This document shows positions 50,051 through 62,778 of a stretch of 64,000 nt of DNA, piece after piece. A program made the translations under genes and the position numbers. The number at the start of each line of letters is the position of its first letter. The stretch's first letter is position 1. The DNA comes from Euprymna scolopes (taxonomy: Eukaryota). The notes beneath the pieces are model-generated. The model worked only from the letters and a program-made list of their open reading frames with translations. It did no database searches and was not told the DNA's origin. The stretch lies in NCBI GenBank assembly GCA_053919585.1, contig CM132791.1; one strand, written 5' to 3'.

Positions 50051-52278
50051 GGCAAATGTTACTCCTATTTACAATGCCTCCTCACGAGGGCATTGTTAGA
50101 TATTAGAGTCATTTTTAACGTAGAGAAAGGGACGAAAATAAAAATAGTATCAATTGTGAAGGATTTCCTCTCCACTAAGAACAAAAATTTGAAGTGTAGC
50201 ATCTGAAGACAAATACTACCCTTTGATCCTGGCCTGAAAGTTACGAATAGTTATTCAAAAGATTGTGCGTGTTGTAGGCCGTGTTGTCATTTTATATTTT
50301 ATAACAACGCAGCTGGAATTAATCCGTGTGAATCGTTAATCAAACATGAAGACTATTACTGTTTTTGCTTAAACCGAATATATATGAACAGCGAAAGGCG
50401 TGTAGTGAATATTCTTATTGTTTGGTCACGTAATAGAAAACATTTAGAGCGAGACACATTGAATGTATTTGTTTTAACCAGACAACATGAACGTAAAACA
50501 GTGTTCATTAATCATTACGGAAAAGTGTATGAAATATCAGTAGATCTGATTTTCGATTTCCTTATTTATCCAGATTTTTTTTATTGAACAATAACTTAAA
50601 TTATTGTCTGGCTTTCGTCACTTTGCTATTAAAAAAGATGATCGGCATTGCTTATTTCTCGTTGATGATGTTGCAAACAATAACAACGAGCTCATTTTCG
50701 GAGGCGTTTATCTCATTTCCCTCCTTAGACGACGCCATCAGCCTTATATAATACTGTCGTTCATTGTCTTTGTCCTATAACCGGGGTGGCTATCGTTGTC
50801 TTCATTAGCCGGAGAGCTCATCGTATGTATATTTGAGCTCTTAATAAACGTGTCCTTTGGCGTGAATTGACAAAGATTGACTCTGACTACAATATCACGT
50901 TCCAATGATATGCTCACATTCTGTTGGGGAGCCAATTTATTTGCCGCTTGCAATTATTTCATGAATATCCGGACGATTCGAAATAGATAACGCAAAAATG
51001 TCCCATACTACTTGAATGCCAATTCAATAATTAGAGTTCCGTTACTGCGGACGAATATTCTAAGGCGCTTATCTATTAGGTTTGCGTGATTCCAAATGTA
51101 TCACATATAACAACGTTTCTCTAATAATATGGTTCAATATATTTCGAGACAACATACCTAAAATGTTCAATGTAAATACTCAAGTTAATCTGGGTGTAAA
51201 ATATGTCGAATTATGTTTAATATTATTGTAAGTCTTGTGAAATCACACTAAAAAGACGAGCTATGAGGAGTGGAAGTCTCGTGTACACCCCAAACTCTTT
51301 AATTTCTTAGTGTGGTGAATATTTTGCTAGTGTTTTACTATTATTTTATTAAACTCATGTAAAAACAAATCTTCAAATATTTAAATGCACGTGTACATCA
51401 TTATTTCGTACCAGTTATGCGATAAAAAAAAAAAACGGTGGCTTTTGCTAGAGTTTGGGTGAAAGAAAATCTTCATTGGCCTGCAGTACTCTCCGTCCCG
51501 TTCTATTATTGTAACTCACTTAATGTTCTCGCAGCAACTTTTTATTATTTATTTTTATGCTAAGGTCCGTCTCTGCCTTTTTCGTGTTCGGGTCAGGAAT
51601 CCATACATAATTATATTAATCGCATTCGATAATTAAATTTATTGTTTCTTGATTTTATAAAACCTTTTTGTTGTTTCGAGTTTCGTGTTCTTCATTGCAC
51701 TAATAGACATTTTCTCTTCGGAAATCAATCAGAATATTATCATTCCATATTATAGTTATACTTTCTATTTTTTGCTATGTATATTAGTTTGTACATAAAT
51801 TCATGGCGATTTAATTTTTAACCTTTATTTCTGTATCTATGAAATCTGCATTGGTTTAATTCTTAAATCTTAAGTCATTCCGGATGGTTCAGTATTATAA
51901 TTTCTGTAATTAGAAATTATTCTAGATTATTCTTTCCTTAAAATACAAGAATTTTCATTCATTGGCCAATGATGCTTACTTAGGTAGATTTTCTTGCCAC
52001 ATACTTCATTTTCACGGCGTTTTGGGGTGTTTGACGATAATAAACTATCAAGTCGATAGAACAGTTTTGGTTAAGTTTACATTCAAAGAAACTTTTAACG
52101 TATCACACACACCCACACACACACACACACACATACACACACGTGCACACACATACATATATATATGCATATATAAGGGGCGTTTCGAAAGTAATTCTTC
52201 TTATTTTCTTATTCTGCCTGAGAAATCAGATGGAATTATAAATTGTATTATGATACTCGCAAGTTTTAATGAATCTGT

Positions 52279-52453
52279 TTTTATCTTGTGTTATTTTCAC
52301 AACGTCTCGGTCTATTTTGTCAAAGTCGGGAATCTTTCTGTCGAACTCGAAAATCGTTCAAAATTCCGTACAAATTCCTGAGTTCGATAAGATACTCCCG
52401 AAGAAGGTTTATGTTTCCATCGAAACGTTGTGAAAATAACAATCAAGATAAAA
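52279..52453. mobile_element. Penelope-like terminal (pLTR) inverted duplication with a degenerate hammerhead-like core
   Basis: TTTTATCTTG.GTTATTTTCACAACGTCTCG (52279-52309) pairs with CGAAACGTTGTGAAAATAAC.ATCAAGATAAAA (52421-52453), and inner arms 52326-52348 / 52380-52401 also pair. CCGAAGA...CGAAAC resembles the CUGANGA...GAAA core typical of Penelope termini. Confidence 0.45.
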
Positions 52454-52897
52454 AGAGTAACTCAAATAATTCCAATAATATGAATTATGATCAGTAAAAT
52501 AACAAAAGATTTCCAATTTAATGTGGTTAAATTTGGTTTTATCACCAGCGAATTGAATTTATGTTAAACATCTTTCAGCGAGCGGCGTTTTTATTGGATC
52601 ATTTAATATTTTACTGTCATCCACCGGCAAGCAGAAAACTTTATCTTCTCATAACAAATATCACCCTCATTATTCACTATCTTAATGGTACTTGACTTCG
52701 TTAGCTTGTGACGTCAGAATTAATTGTCAAGTTCTATTTTTCGCTTGTTGAATTAATACGCAGTGCACATTTTAATGTCCTATTGCCTACATAGGTAGAA
52801 AACATAGATAGCGTTGTGGAAAGGAAGCCGACAGATCAAGAAACGCTGATCATCTGTCAAGTTTCCTCTCTTCCTCGTCTTCGTCATCCAAATGTCT

Positions 52898-53113
52898 TTA
52901 AATGAAATTGGCCCCGAGACTGAGTGACATGTATTTCCTTACGGCAAACCGGATGTGTTACCAATCTACAACAGTTGAAGAACTGGGTTGCAGAGAGGAG
53001 GTGGGTGGGAGATACAGCATTATATCGCTGTAGAAAAATTGCCTTCATAAACAGTCTCATTAGCACATTGGTTGGTTTCACCTTTCTTGCAACCTCTTGA
53101 CGCAGGAAAGTAA
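52898..53113 (-). pseudogene. Possible disabled terminal exon of a Ly6/uPAR (three-finger, quiver-like) gene
   Basis: Strong acceptor TTACTTTTTTCTTGTGTTTAG| at 53114. Reads YFPASRGCKKGETNQCANETVYEGNFSTAI*CCISHPPPLCN (RGC..C..CC..CN), with an in-frame TAA at 53022-53020 and a probable frameshift after CN. Confidence 0.4.
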
Positions 53114-54260
53114 CTAAACACAAGAAAAAAGTAAATGTTTTTTCTCATATGAGAAAATTATATTTGACATCATGTGTGCATATGTATTTGGCACTTAGTT
53201 ACTACTCTTAATACGCGTTTGCCCTTTCGATATGTGTAGATGTTCGCTTTGGATTGTGTTCTGTATGAGTGCAATTCTGGTCGCACGCCCATCACTACCC
53301 GACCACTAATAGTCGACACTTGACATGACTCTATGATGCCGCTGAGCGTTAATTGTCGAAATATAAGTGTGCACCTAATTGAGTAGTAATTGGTCAACAG
53401 CAACTTTTCCATTAAAACGAAAGCTCGGCGACGAGTTATTTCATTTTCACATTAAATGTGTGTTGGTCTGCAAGTATAGACGGACCCAACCTAAGTTAAA
53501 CAGTCATTAATAAGGCAACCGAAAGACGCGTGACTTAAAACGGAACCACACCCACGCAATGACAATCACTTTGTTCATCTAGGAACCAATAAAACTAATC
53601 AAAACCTGTTAATAAAATGTTTTGTACAAGTAAATATAATTTACTTTATATTGCATAGCTTATATCTTTCTGTAGAAACAATTACTGACAACTCACCGAT
53701 AATATTTTCGTCACTGAAGGATGAATGATTTGAACTATAATCTTTACAATCGCATTTATATTATTTTAGCAACCCAATTATTAATATGTGTTCTTTAAAA
53801 TCTTTAACCATGATTATTAAAAACTATTTTGATCGGATGTTAATTAAAAGTGGTTCTGTCAATATACTTATTATTATTTATCCAATTACATTTAATTTTG
53901 TGTATTTATCAAAAATTAATTGAGCAAAAACTTAATCTTTATAAATTGTCTTTAACTTCTGAGAAGAAAAATATTTTTGTAGTCCACATTTAAAAGACAC
54001 TTATAGATTCCGCCTCTACTTTGCTGCATTTTAGAAAATTATGAAAATAATTTTGTTAAGTATCAAACAATAGTATCGCTTTTCTCGTCTTGATTTTACT
54101 ATAATAATGCTATATTCCGAATAATGAGCATATTTTTTGTATCCGAGACTTTTTCATCATAATTTGAAATATATTAAAGTATTATTTCATAATATATAAA
54201 TCGATTTTGTCTTTAAATTCGGACATCATACAACAGAGACCTACATATAATTCGAATACG

Positions 54261-54318
<58 letters not shown>

Positions 54319-54616
54319 ATGAATGACAAAGGTCTATATTCCCAAATTCGTGATGTTGAGTATCCTACAATTTGCTCCTTTAATTTAGTTGACATTTATA
54401 ATTTTTGACAGTATCTGTTCGTAGCACAAAATCAATCACTTAATTATTATATTAATTAGTGAATCTATTACGCCCTTAACTCATCAGCACAAATAGCAAC
54501 AATCAATCCATAAAAGGGAAATAAAGTGCGTTTTGACATGATTTAAATCCGAAAATTGAAAGAGAAGAGAATACCTCATAATATGTTTATATTACGCCAT
54601 TTTGAATTTAAAATGT

Positions 54617-54677
<61 letters not shown>

Positions 54678-54684
<7 letters not shown>

Positions 54685-55328
54685 GTAATGTGATTGATAA
54701 TTTAAAATTTAAAAATCAAATTATAATTAAATTAAAAATCCGTTTCATAAGAAGGAACAACAACAAAATCAATTATCTGTACGATCGTTTCGGAAAACAA
54801 CGCTTTTTATTGTGGTAGACATCAAGTTATGTACAATAATTACATATAGTTTTTTTAATAAGCAAGGTCTCCTCGTCAGCAAATTTTGAAGGGTTTTTAT
54901 TAAATTTAAAAGAGACCATAAATAAACCTAGCATTAAAAGTAAGGCAGATGTATCTGAAAAAAATTGAAATAAAAGGTCTGGATTTAAAATTTATAAGAA
55001 AATTAATATGGGTTAAAGATAGAAAAGAAATAGAGTACAATATAGATTTGAATTTAAATTATAAGTTTGCTTTAAGTATCACATTTCAAATATATACATG
55101 CATATATATGAAAAAATAGACACACATATATACATATACATAGATATACAGGTATATATATAAAAATATATATATAGAGAAATTTACCTTTTAATTTTTC
55201 GCTTTTTTTTTTCCGAAACGATCGTACAGATAATTGATTTTGTTGTTGTTCCTTCTTATGAAACGGATTTTTAATTTAATTATAATTTGATTTTTAAATT
55301 TTAAATTATCAATCACATTACTTAATAT
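54678..55328. mobile_element. Foldback/MITE-like structure with perfect inverted arms of about 120 bp
   Basis: 54678-54797 is, by eye, the exact reverse complement of 55209-55328. The left arm abuts a (TA)n run. Confidence 0.75.
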
Positions 55329-55479
55329 TGAATTAGCTCTAGGATATTTACCTATCGAGTATATTATATATCTAAATTACAACGAGCACTTTTTCTTTCC
55401 TGTATTTTAATTAAACTAGTAATTTCACTGTTCCATTGAAATACATTCAGTTCTTTAGACTATTGTTCTAATCTCCTTT

Positions 55480-55542
<63 letters not shown>

Positions 55543-55904
55543 GCAACTTCTCTCCTATTTTCGGATTCTGTAATCATGCCTATATGATTTTTTTCTTTTG
55601 AAATTGTTAAGTGTTTTTCTGATAAATTAAAGGGGAGAAATAGAGTCAATAATTAACATAATAATTACATGGATGATTTTGCGCTATGAAATAAGTGCTG
55701 TCAAAAATTGTGCATATCAACATACTTAAGGAAATAAACGAAAAAATGCTCAGCATCTTGAAATTTGGAATATAGATTTTTATCATTATTTGTTATATGC
55801 TCTGTAGTTACATCGAGCTTCATAAATTAGAGGAGTGGTATAAATAAAAGATGAAATGTAATTAAATAAACATATTTCCTCACACACACACACTTGTATA
55901 TATA

Positions 55905-56175
55905 TAGTTAAAGCCGAAATTATTGGCACCCTTTAAATTTTTAAGTTTTTTGAAGAAAAATAAAATTTTTCACTAATTATTTTTATCAGTGTTGATGAAC
56001 ATTTATATCGACCATCTACAGATTTCCTGAAACACGTTTAGTTTATTATAAAATATTCAAATAAATATTATTTATGATAACAAAAAACACTTTAATAAAA
56101 ATAATTAGTGAAAAATATTTTTCTCTCCAAAAAACGCAAAAATTGAAAGGGTGCCAATAATTTCTGCTTTAACTG
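55905..56175. mobile_element. Tc1-type MITE
   Basis: TA|TAGTTAAAGCCGAAATTATTGGCACCCTTT ... AAAGGGTGCCAATAATTTCTGCTTTAACTG|TA; imperfect inverted arms of about 80 bp. Confidence 0.85.
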
Positions 56176-56183
56176 TATATATA

Positions 56184-57746
56184 CACTAGCGGCCAAAAGT
56201 CTGGAACAGTTTAGTTTTTTTTCAATTTCTCCAGAACATTCGGGTGGAGGTTACAACTAAACTTACATATATTAAACATTAGATATGTTGGTACACTGTA
56301 TTAATTACACTTACTTCTAAAGGATAGAAAAATAATTATAAGCAATTCAAATTTCTTTTGAAAATTAATCTGGCTAAAACCGTGGGACAAAGCAAAGAAA
56401 AATAATTTATTGTGGACTGTGTAGTCTGTTTTTCCACATTTCTAAGTACCAAAATGATGAATAAGTCGATTACGTCACTTTGTAGGCAATGCTACCTTCA
56501 AAAATCAATTATTAAACTTCATGGGGAAACCCATTCAATACAGAAGATTGCTGATGACTTGAAGCTGTCGAAAATTACCGTTGGGAGAGTTATAAAGGAT
56601 TTCAAGAATACTTGGAAAATTCTATCACCGAAGAAAAATGTCAGATCTTGAATAATTTTTCCTAGACAAGATCGATTGATTAAGAAAATGGCACTGAACG
56701 ATAGGTTTCAAACAACTGACAGGATTTTACGTGAACTACATGCCTAACATGATATTAAAGCGACTCGTAAAACAATATCAAGACACCTGAATGAAATTGG
56801 TCTGTTTGCGAAATAACCAGCTAAGAAATCGTTGATAAACAAGAAAAACAAGAAACTCAGATAAAACTTTGCTCAAGAGCATGTGTTGTGGACAGATGAT
56901 CAGTGGCGAAATGTACCTTTTTCTGATGAAAGTAAGTTTAATGCATATGTATCTGATGAGAAGACATTAATAAGGATGTTTGCTGGCGAAATATTTAATA
57001 AAACACGCACGAAGAAAACGGTTAAATTTGGTGAGGGTAGCGTAATGGTGTTTGGAATGATTTCTTGGGAAGGAACGACTGATTTGATCCGTCTAAACAC
57101 CAGAGTTAATGGAACAATATACAAGAACTTGTAGAGAGATCATCTTATCCCAATACGTCAAAATTCTGAGTATAAAAAACCTATTGTAATGCAGGTAACG
57201 CCCCCTGCCACAAGGCTAAGCATGTAATCGAATTTTTGAACGAGCAAAATGTAGATGTATTGGATTGGCCTCCTCAAATTCCGGACCTAAACCCCATTGA
57301 AAACCTATGGTCTACTTTGGCTAACCGTGTGAGTGCAAGAAATTCTATCAACACTGAAGATTTGTAGATAAAACTTAAAGAAGAATGGACGGAAGTTCCA
57401 TATGATGAATGTCGCCATCTCATTTAATCTTGCAGTAGAATGTGCGCTGTTGTTATAGAACATAAAGACTTGTTCACTAGATATTAAATGTATGTCCACC
57501 AATTTTGATGTTTCAATGTTATTATTTTTAAATTTAGTTTCTGTCCAATGGTTTTGGCCACTTCATTTAAAAAAAAAATTCTAAAATGCTCATAACTTTT
57601 TTCTAACCTTTATAATGAAGTATATTTAATACAGCGTATCAACATAAGAGATGTGTTAAATGTGTGCAAGTTTAGTTCTAATCTCCCCTCGAATGTTCTG
57701 GAGAAATTGAAAAAACTAAACTGTTCCAGATTTTTGGCCGCTAGTG
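56184..57746 (+). mobile_element. Full-length but inactivated Tc1 (DD34E) transposon with long IR/DR-type TIRs
   Basis: TA|CACTAGCGGCCAAAAGTCTGGAACAGTTTAG ... CTAAACTGTTCCAGATTTTTGGCCGCTAGTG|TA; TIR homology extends about 200 bp with inner GGC(C/T)AAAACC repeats. Transposase motifs FSDESKF, TVKFGEGSVMVFG, NAPCH and WPPQIPDLNPIENLW, with stops and frameshifts. Confidence 0.95.
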
Positions 57747-58031
57747 TATATATGTTTGTCAGTAGCTGGGTGCGTGCGCTCTACCATATTCCTCTCTGGG
57801 TGTCTCGTCTACGGAGTTAGAATTTGATATCTAGGGCATGTGTACATTTAGCACACTTTCGATTTGGATTTTTGCCGGCAGAAATTGCTGATAAGAGGTT
57901 TATTGAAGGGTTATTCTAAAATAAAGACGAAACGTTGATGAACATACACTTTTTTTTCTTTTTCATCTCTCCACATATATATGTGTGTGTATTATGTGTG
58001 TTGTGTGTGTAAACCCACACACATGCACACA

Positions 58032-58110
<79 letters not shown>

Positions 58111-58602
58111 GGGGTGTTTGTGTGCACGCAAGCGCAGAGAGGACTGACATTGACATGCTCCCCGAAGCACGAAAGTACTGCTAAGACGACGTGAAAACAA
58201 TAGTGGGTGTTTCTTTTTAACTCAGAATGAGTTAAGCAGCTTTGTTTAATAACAAAATCATACGATACCATTATCTAATAATGTAATTATCACAGTGAAA
58301 TCATTATGGATACCATGTAAAACATTTGTTGCCATCTTACACAATCAGTATTTTTTCTCTTGTATGACTGCTACAGAGTATCATTAGGCCAAGATTAATT
58401 TAAGGTATTTTACATAAAACTTAGTATTAGAATTTGGTCCATATCATTCTTTATACAATAATTTCCATTTTATAACCAGTCTTGGGTGGTAGATGTCTAC
58501 TTTTAGAGTTTTGTTTCCTTTTCAATAACAACTTACCTATGGCTTCCACTACAAATTACCGAAGAATAATAATATACATTTTAGAACCAATTCTCATCTC
58601 AC

Positions 58603-58851
58603 GTTGGTCCTCGTATTGCGGGCTACATCTAATTCCACGATTGACATTTTAAGCATAGCAATTCCCCCATGATTCAAACAGCTAAAGCCTTGTCGATTAT
58701 CGACTAAATGTACGGATTCTGTGAGAGGTTCATTCGGCAGCTGCGAGAAGGAAAATCGGTAAAGTCTCGAAAATAGTAGTCGTTCTTTCGCCTTGAAGTT
58801 TAAAATTGCGTTGATCAGTTTTTTTCTCAAAATTCCAGAATGTTGTCGCAT
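58603..58851 (-). other. Candidate exon of unknown gene (249 nt, phase 0/0, open)
   Basis: TTGTTTATGGTTCAG|ATG...ACCAAC|GTGAGA boundaries around 83 stop-free codons inside ORF 58594-58866. No recognisable protein motif. Confidence 0.22.
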
Positions 58852-60585
58852 CTGAACCATAAACAATATGCATCTAATATGCCAACATTTACTTCATATT
58901 TACGCAGATGGCAATGATAAGTACACAATTGCAAACATTAAAATAATGTATATTTGCAGTTGCAGTATAATATGACTGTGATAAGCCTCGTCTCGATCAA
59001 TTCTACATCATTTATTGCTCAGGATGTTTCCTCTGTCAGAACTTTTACTTAGTATTCCAATAAAGAAACATCGTGAATCACGGAGTTGACTATAGAGCTA
59101 TAGAAGGAAACATTTGTAATGGGCAGATTTTATCATCGTCAACGATGGATAGCAAAAAAGTTGATATTAGTATGCATGTGCGTGTGTTTCTATGTGCTAT
59201 TTTTCTCTGTATGTACGAATATGTTTTAATCAACCGATCAATTAATATATCTGCATCGCAATTGTAAATAATAAATATTATTTATGGTTTTTACAAGCGA
59301 GTCACTGCTTAAAAGCTCAAATACCACTAGAGGATAACGATTAATGAATGTAAGGTGGTTACTGTGCCAACAGTGCATTCATCGTTAGAGGTGGAAATTA
59401 GGTAGAATTTGATTACTATGTCGGCGACTCAGCAACACTTGTTTACATTGAACTTGGAAACGACCATGTTGTAGTTAGCTGGAAAACGAGCCAGCGAGAC
59501 ATTTCCACAGGCGGTCAGTTCTTGGAATCAACCTTTGTTCATTGAAATTTATGTTTAGATTAAGAATAAATAGAGAGAGGGAAGATTGTTAATATTGGCT
59601 GTAATTAGATGAGTTCTTCATGTGAAAAGAATACGTGAGGCGGATAAGAAAAATAAATATTGAACATCTGTGCATTGGTCATGACTCCAAAAATGAACAA
59701 ATGAAGGACATTTCAAACTTTTTAGCATGACCTGTCGTTTAAGTTCTGAAATATTTTTTGAATTCAACGTTCTTAGTTAATGTTCAGTCAAGTTTTACTT
59801 ATTTGCTTCTGAAAACAGCAATGAGCACGTTTATGTGTTTGATGTGAAATGAATAAAATAAATTTATTCAATTAAATTTTATATTTATTTCTTGTTTGTT
59901 CATTATTATTTTACAGTAGACATATCCGTGTTACTGATGTAAACATACCAGTAGTAATTTACAATTAGACATTCTGTAACGCATGGATAGCATTCATACA
60001 TGCTTTAACACATGTGCGTGTGTATTTAGGTGTAAGTCTACTTCTGTGAATTTTGTATTTGTCTGTCTCTCTCTTTTTTAAGTGTACACGTTTTTTTAAA
60101 TTCATTTTTAAATTACGGGTAAATCACTTATTAAATAAGTCAATTATTGAATCTACTTTTGGAAACAGTACCATTGCTGACAAATCAAAATCCTTGTCCC
60201 CACTTTCAATAAGAAAACATTTAGTAGATAATACGACTATTGTTCAGCAGATTACTAATAATTATAAAATCCATTAACATGAATCCTTACTAATTACATT
60301 TATAATACTTACAATTAATAAAATAAATTTCAATATTAGAAATAACAACTTCAAATGTTTGTAAATGTGACATGAATAATTAACATATATAATAACAAGT
60401 CATTTATTAATAATATAAACACACCTCTACGCTTAATAACAGTATTGATTACATATATGCATAAATGTTTCAACTGCGTTCTTATTCGAAATCTAGCTTT
60501 AGATTTGAATATATGAAATTTACTGAGTCCGTGTCACAGTTAAGTTTATAGCCATCAATTTTTTCTGAATAAAAGAAAACACACA

Positions 60586-61844
60586 CACATTGTAACTTTT
60601 TCAAAAACTGCGAATTTAAGATAAATTAAATGTAACTGTTAAAACAACTTATACCTCATTTAATTCACCTTTTATTCCTTTATAATTTTACCTGTTCATA
60701 TATGACTTTTAATTGAAATATTCTAGTGTTCACGTCAATTAAAAAACACTTCAAATTGAGGAGGCAAAAATTCGCTTAAAAGCAGCTTAAATTGTCGCCC
60801 CTACATTAGTTTAAAATATCCACTAACAGGCCACAACGCATATCTAATCGTAATTGCTGTTGTTCCAAGTTATAAAACGTAATATTTAGTCCATATGCCA
60901 CGACTTTTACGTCAGGAGCTCATAAGTCTCCATTTTTTTTTTGTTTATCCAATCGAGAAATAGGCTACAGATTGAAATGTGATAAGAAAACGGTAGGAAA
61001 GACTGTGCAAAAGCACCAAAACACCGCAAGTGTTCGTGATGCCCGTAAATCTGGTCATACTAGGGTTATTTCTGGCAGGAAAGACAATGCTATCAAAATC
61101 ATCAGCCTAAGAAACAGACTTGAAGCAGCTCCCAAAATCCAACAACAGGGCAATCTTGTTAAAAAGTGCTCTGTTTCTACTGTCAAGAACAGATTAAAGG
61201 AATTTCATTTCCGAGGGTATGTTGCAAGATACAAGACAATGATTTCTGTAAAGAACAGAAAGCGCCGTCTGGACTTCGTCAGATGCAATGAAGATCATGA
61301 TTCTTCATATTGGTCAAAAGTGCTTTTTAGCGACGAAAGCAAGTTCAATAGGCTAGGCAGTGACCACAATCCTATGGAAAATGTACTGTATTACATCAAG
61401 CAATAGCTACGCAATGATAAAATTTCAAATTTGAAAGAACTTTAGACAGAAATTAAAGAAAAGTGGGATACCCTTTCCCCGGCGTATTATTGCAGTCTAA
61501 TTCAAGTAATTCCCAAAAGATTGCAGGCTGTCAAATTGCAGAAGGGCTATGCTACTAAATATTTACTAGTTCATTGTGTTCCTGTTGTATTTGTGTTACA
61601 TTAATGTCCTAAAGTTACATTTAAATAACAATTTCCCATTATGCGGACTTTCTTTTTGCCTCCTCAATTTGAAGCTATTTTTTTTTAAATGGACATGAAC
61701 ACTCAAATATTTCAATTAAAACTCATATATGAACAGGTAGAATTATAGAAGAATAAAAGGCCAATCAAGTGAGGTATAATTTGTTTAAACAGTTACTTTA
61801 AATTTATCTTAAATTTGCAGTTTTTGAAAAATTACAAGTGCGGA

Positions 61845-61847
<3 letters not shown>
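60586..61847 (+). mobile_element. Internally deleted Tc1 transposon (second family)
   Basis: Inverted arms of about 190 bp (60586-60775 vs 61642-61847, e.g. TTCAAATTGAGGAGGCAAAAA / TTTTTGCCTCCTCAATTTGAA). ORF 60972-61406 has RKSGHTR, CSVSTVKNRL and WSKVLFSDESKFN joined directly to HNPMENV. C-terminal PKRLQAV..KGYATKY follows. Confidence 0.9.
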
Positions 61848-61899
<52 letters not shown>

Positions 61900-61909
<10 letters not shown>

Positions 61910-62431
61910 CCTATTTCTGTCTGTTTGTCTATTTGATTCTTCACAGTTTCATTAATATGTATAAAAGTACTGTAAAAGGACTTTATACACTTTTATTCCA
62001 GTATGACTTCTATATATAATATTTATTCAAAAGAAATTTACAGCTCATTTGCATATTACATTAAAGAAAATCTATTTAAACAGTTAATAATAATAGTAAT
62101 TGTTTGTTGTAATAGAATCGTTTTAATTGTTCTATTTAGAAATATTATTTTAAGTTGATTTATTTAATTTATTTTTATTTTATTTATATTTCATTTTCTT
62201 TTATTTCAATTATTAATAGCGGGTAACAGTTGCGTTTTAATTTTTTTTATTCACTTTTTCGCGATTGGTTTTCATAGACCAAGATAGATTTATAAAATGC
62301 TTCCCTAAATCCAACATTTGGCCACTTTTCGTAACAAGTTAAGATATTCAGTGTATCTTAAATAATATGGTACTCATCACTCCGCCCGGCAATATGTTTC
62401 TACTGGGCAACGGCAGGTATATGCAGATAGT
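61900..62431 (+). mobile_element. Degenerate non-autonomous Helitron-like element
   Basis: Starts after (TA)n with TATAAATCCTATTTCTGTCTGTTTGTC. Ends GTTTCTACTGGGCAACGGCAGGTATATGCAGATAG|T, paralleling GTTCTACGATCGGGCAATGCCGGGTGGCCTGCTAG|T at 2314-2349. Confidence 0.4.
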
Positions 62432-62519
62432 TTTATATAAATTCTATGTAATTATGCAGAATGTAGAAATATTGCATGAATAAAATTCAACTTAATAGTG
62501 AAATGAAACCAATCATCTA

Positions 62520-62705
62520 ATAAAACTCACAAAAATGCATAAATGATTAATTAACGATCGTTTTTGAAAGTAATATGCAAATTAGTTAACCTTCATACCT
62601 CGTATATCCATGACTGAGTATATTAAAAAGTTCGTTTTGATAAATTTTGAGTAGAAAAGGTAGGATTTTATTATTTATGTCAGAGCGAGAAAAAACACAT
62701 TTTAT

Positions 62706-62710
<5 letters not shown>
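62520..62710 (+). repeat. Third copy of the 60-420 dispersed repeat
   Basis: TAATATGCAAATTAGTTAAC...TATCCATGACTGAGTATAT...AGAAAAGGTAGG matches 261-357. Confidence 0.7.

Positions 62711-62778
<68 letters not shown>

Noticed and set aside
50640-51100. Possible coding remnant (minus DKDNERQYYIRLMASSKEG...)
   Set aside because: Short frames with stops; no recognisable domain or consistent splice sites.
57916-58271. YI/HT/CV-repeat ORFs here and at other microsatellites
   Set aside because: Translations of (TA)n and (CA)n runs.
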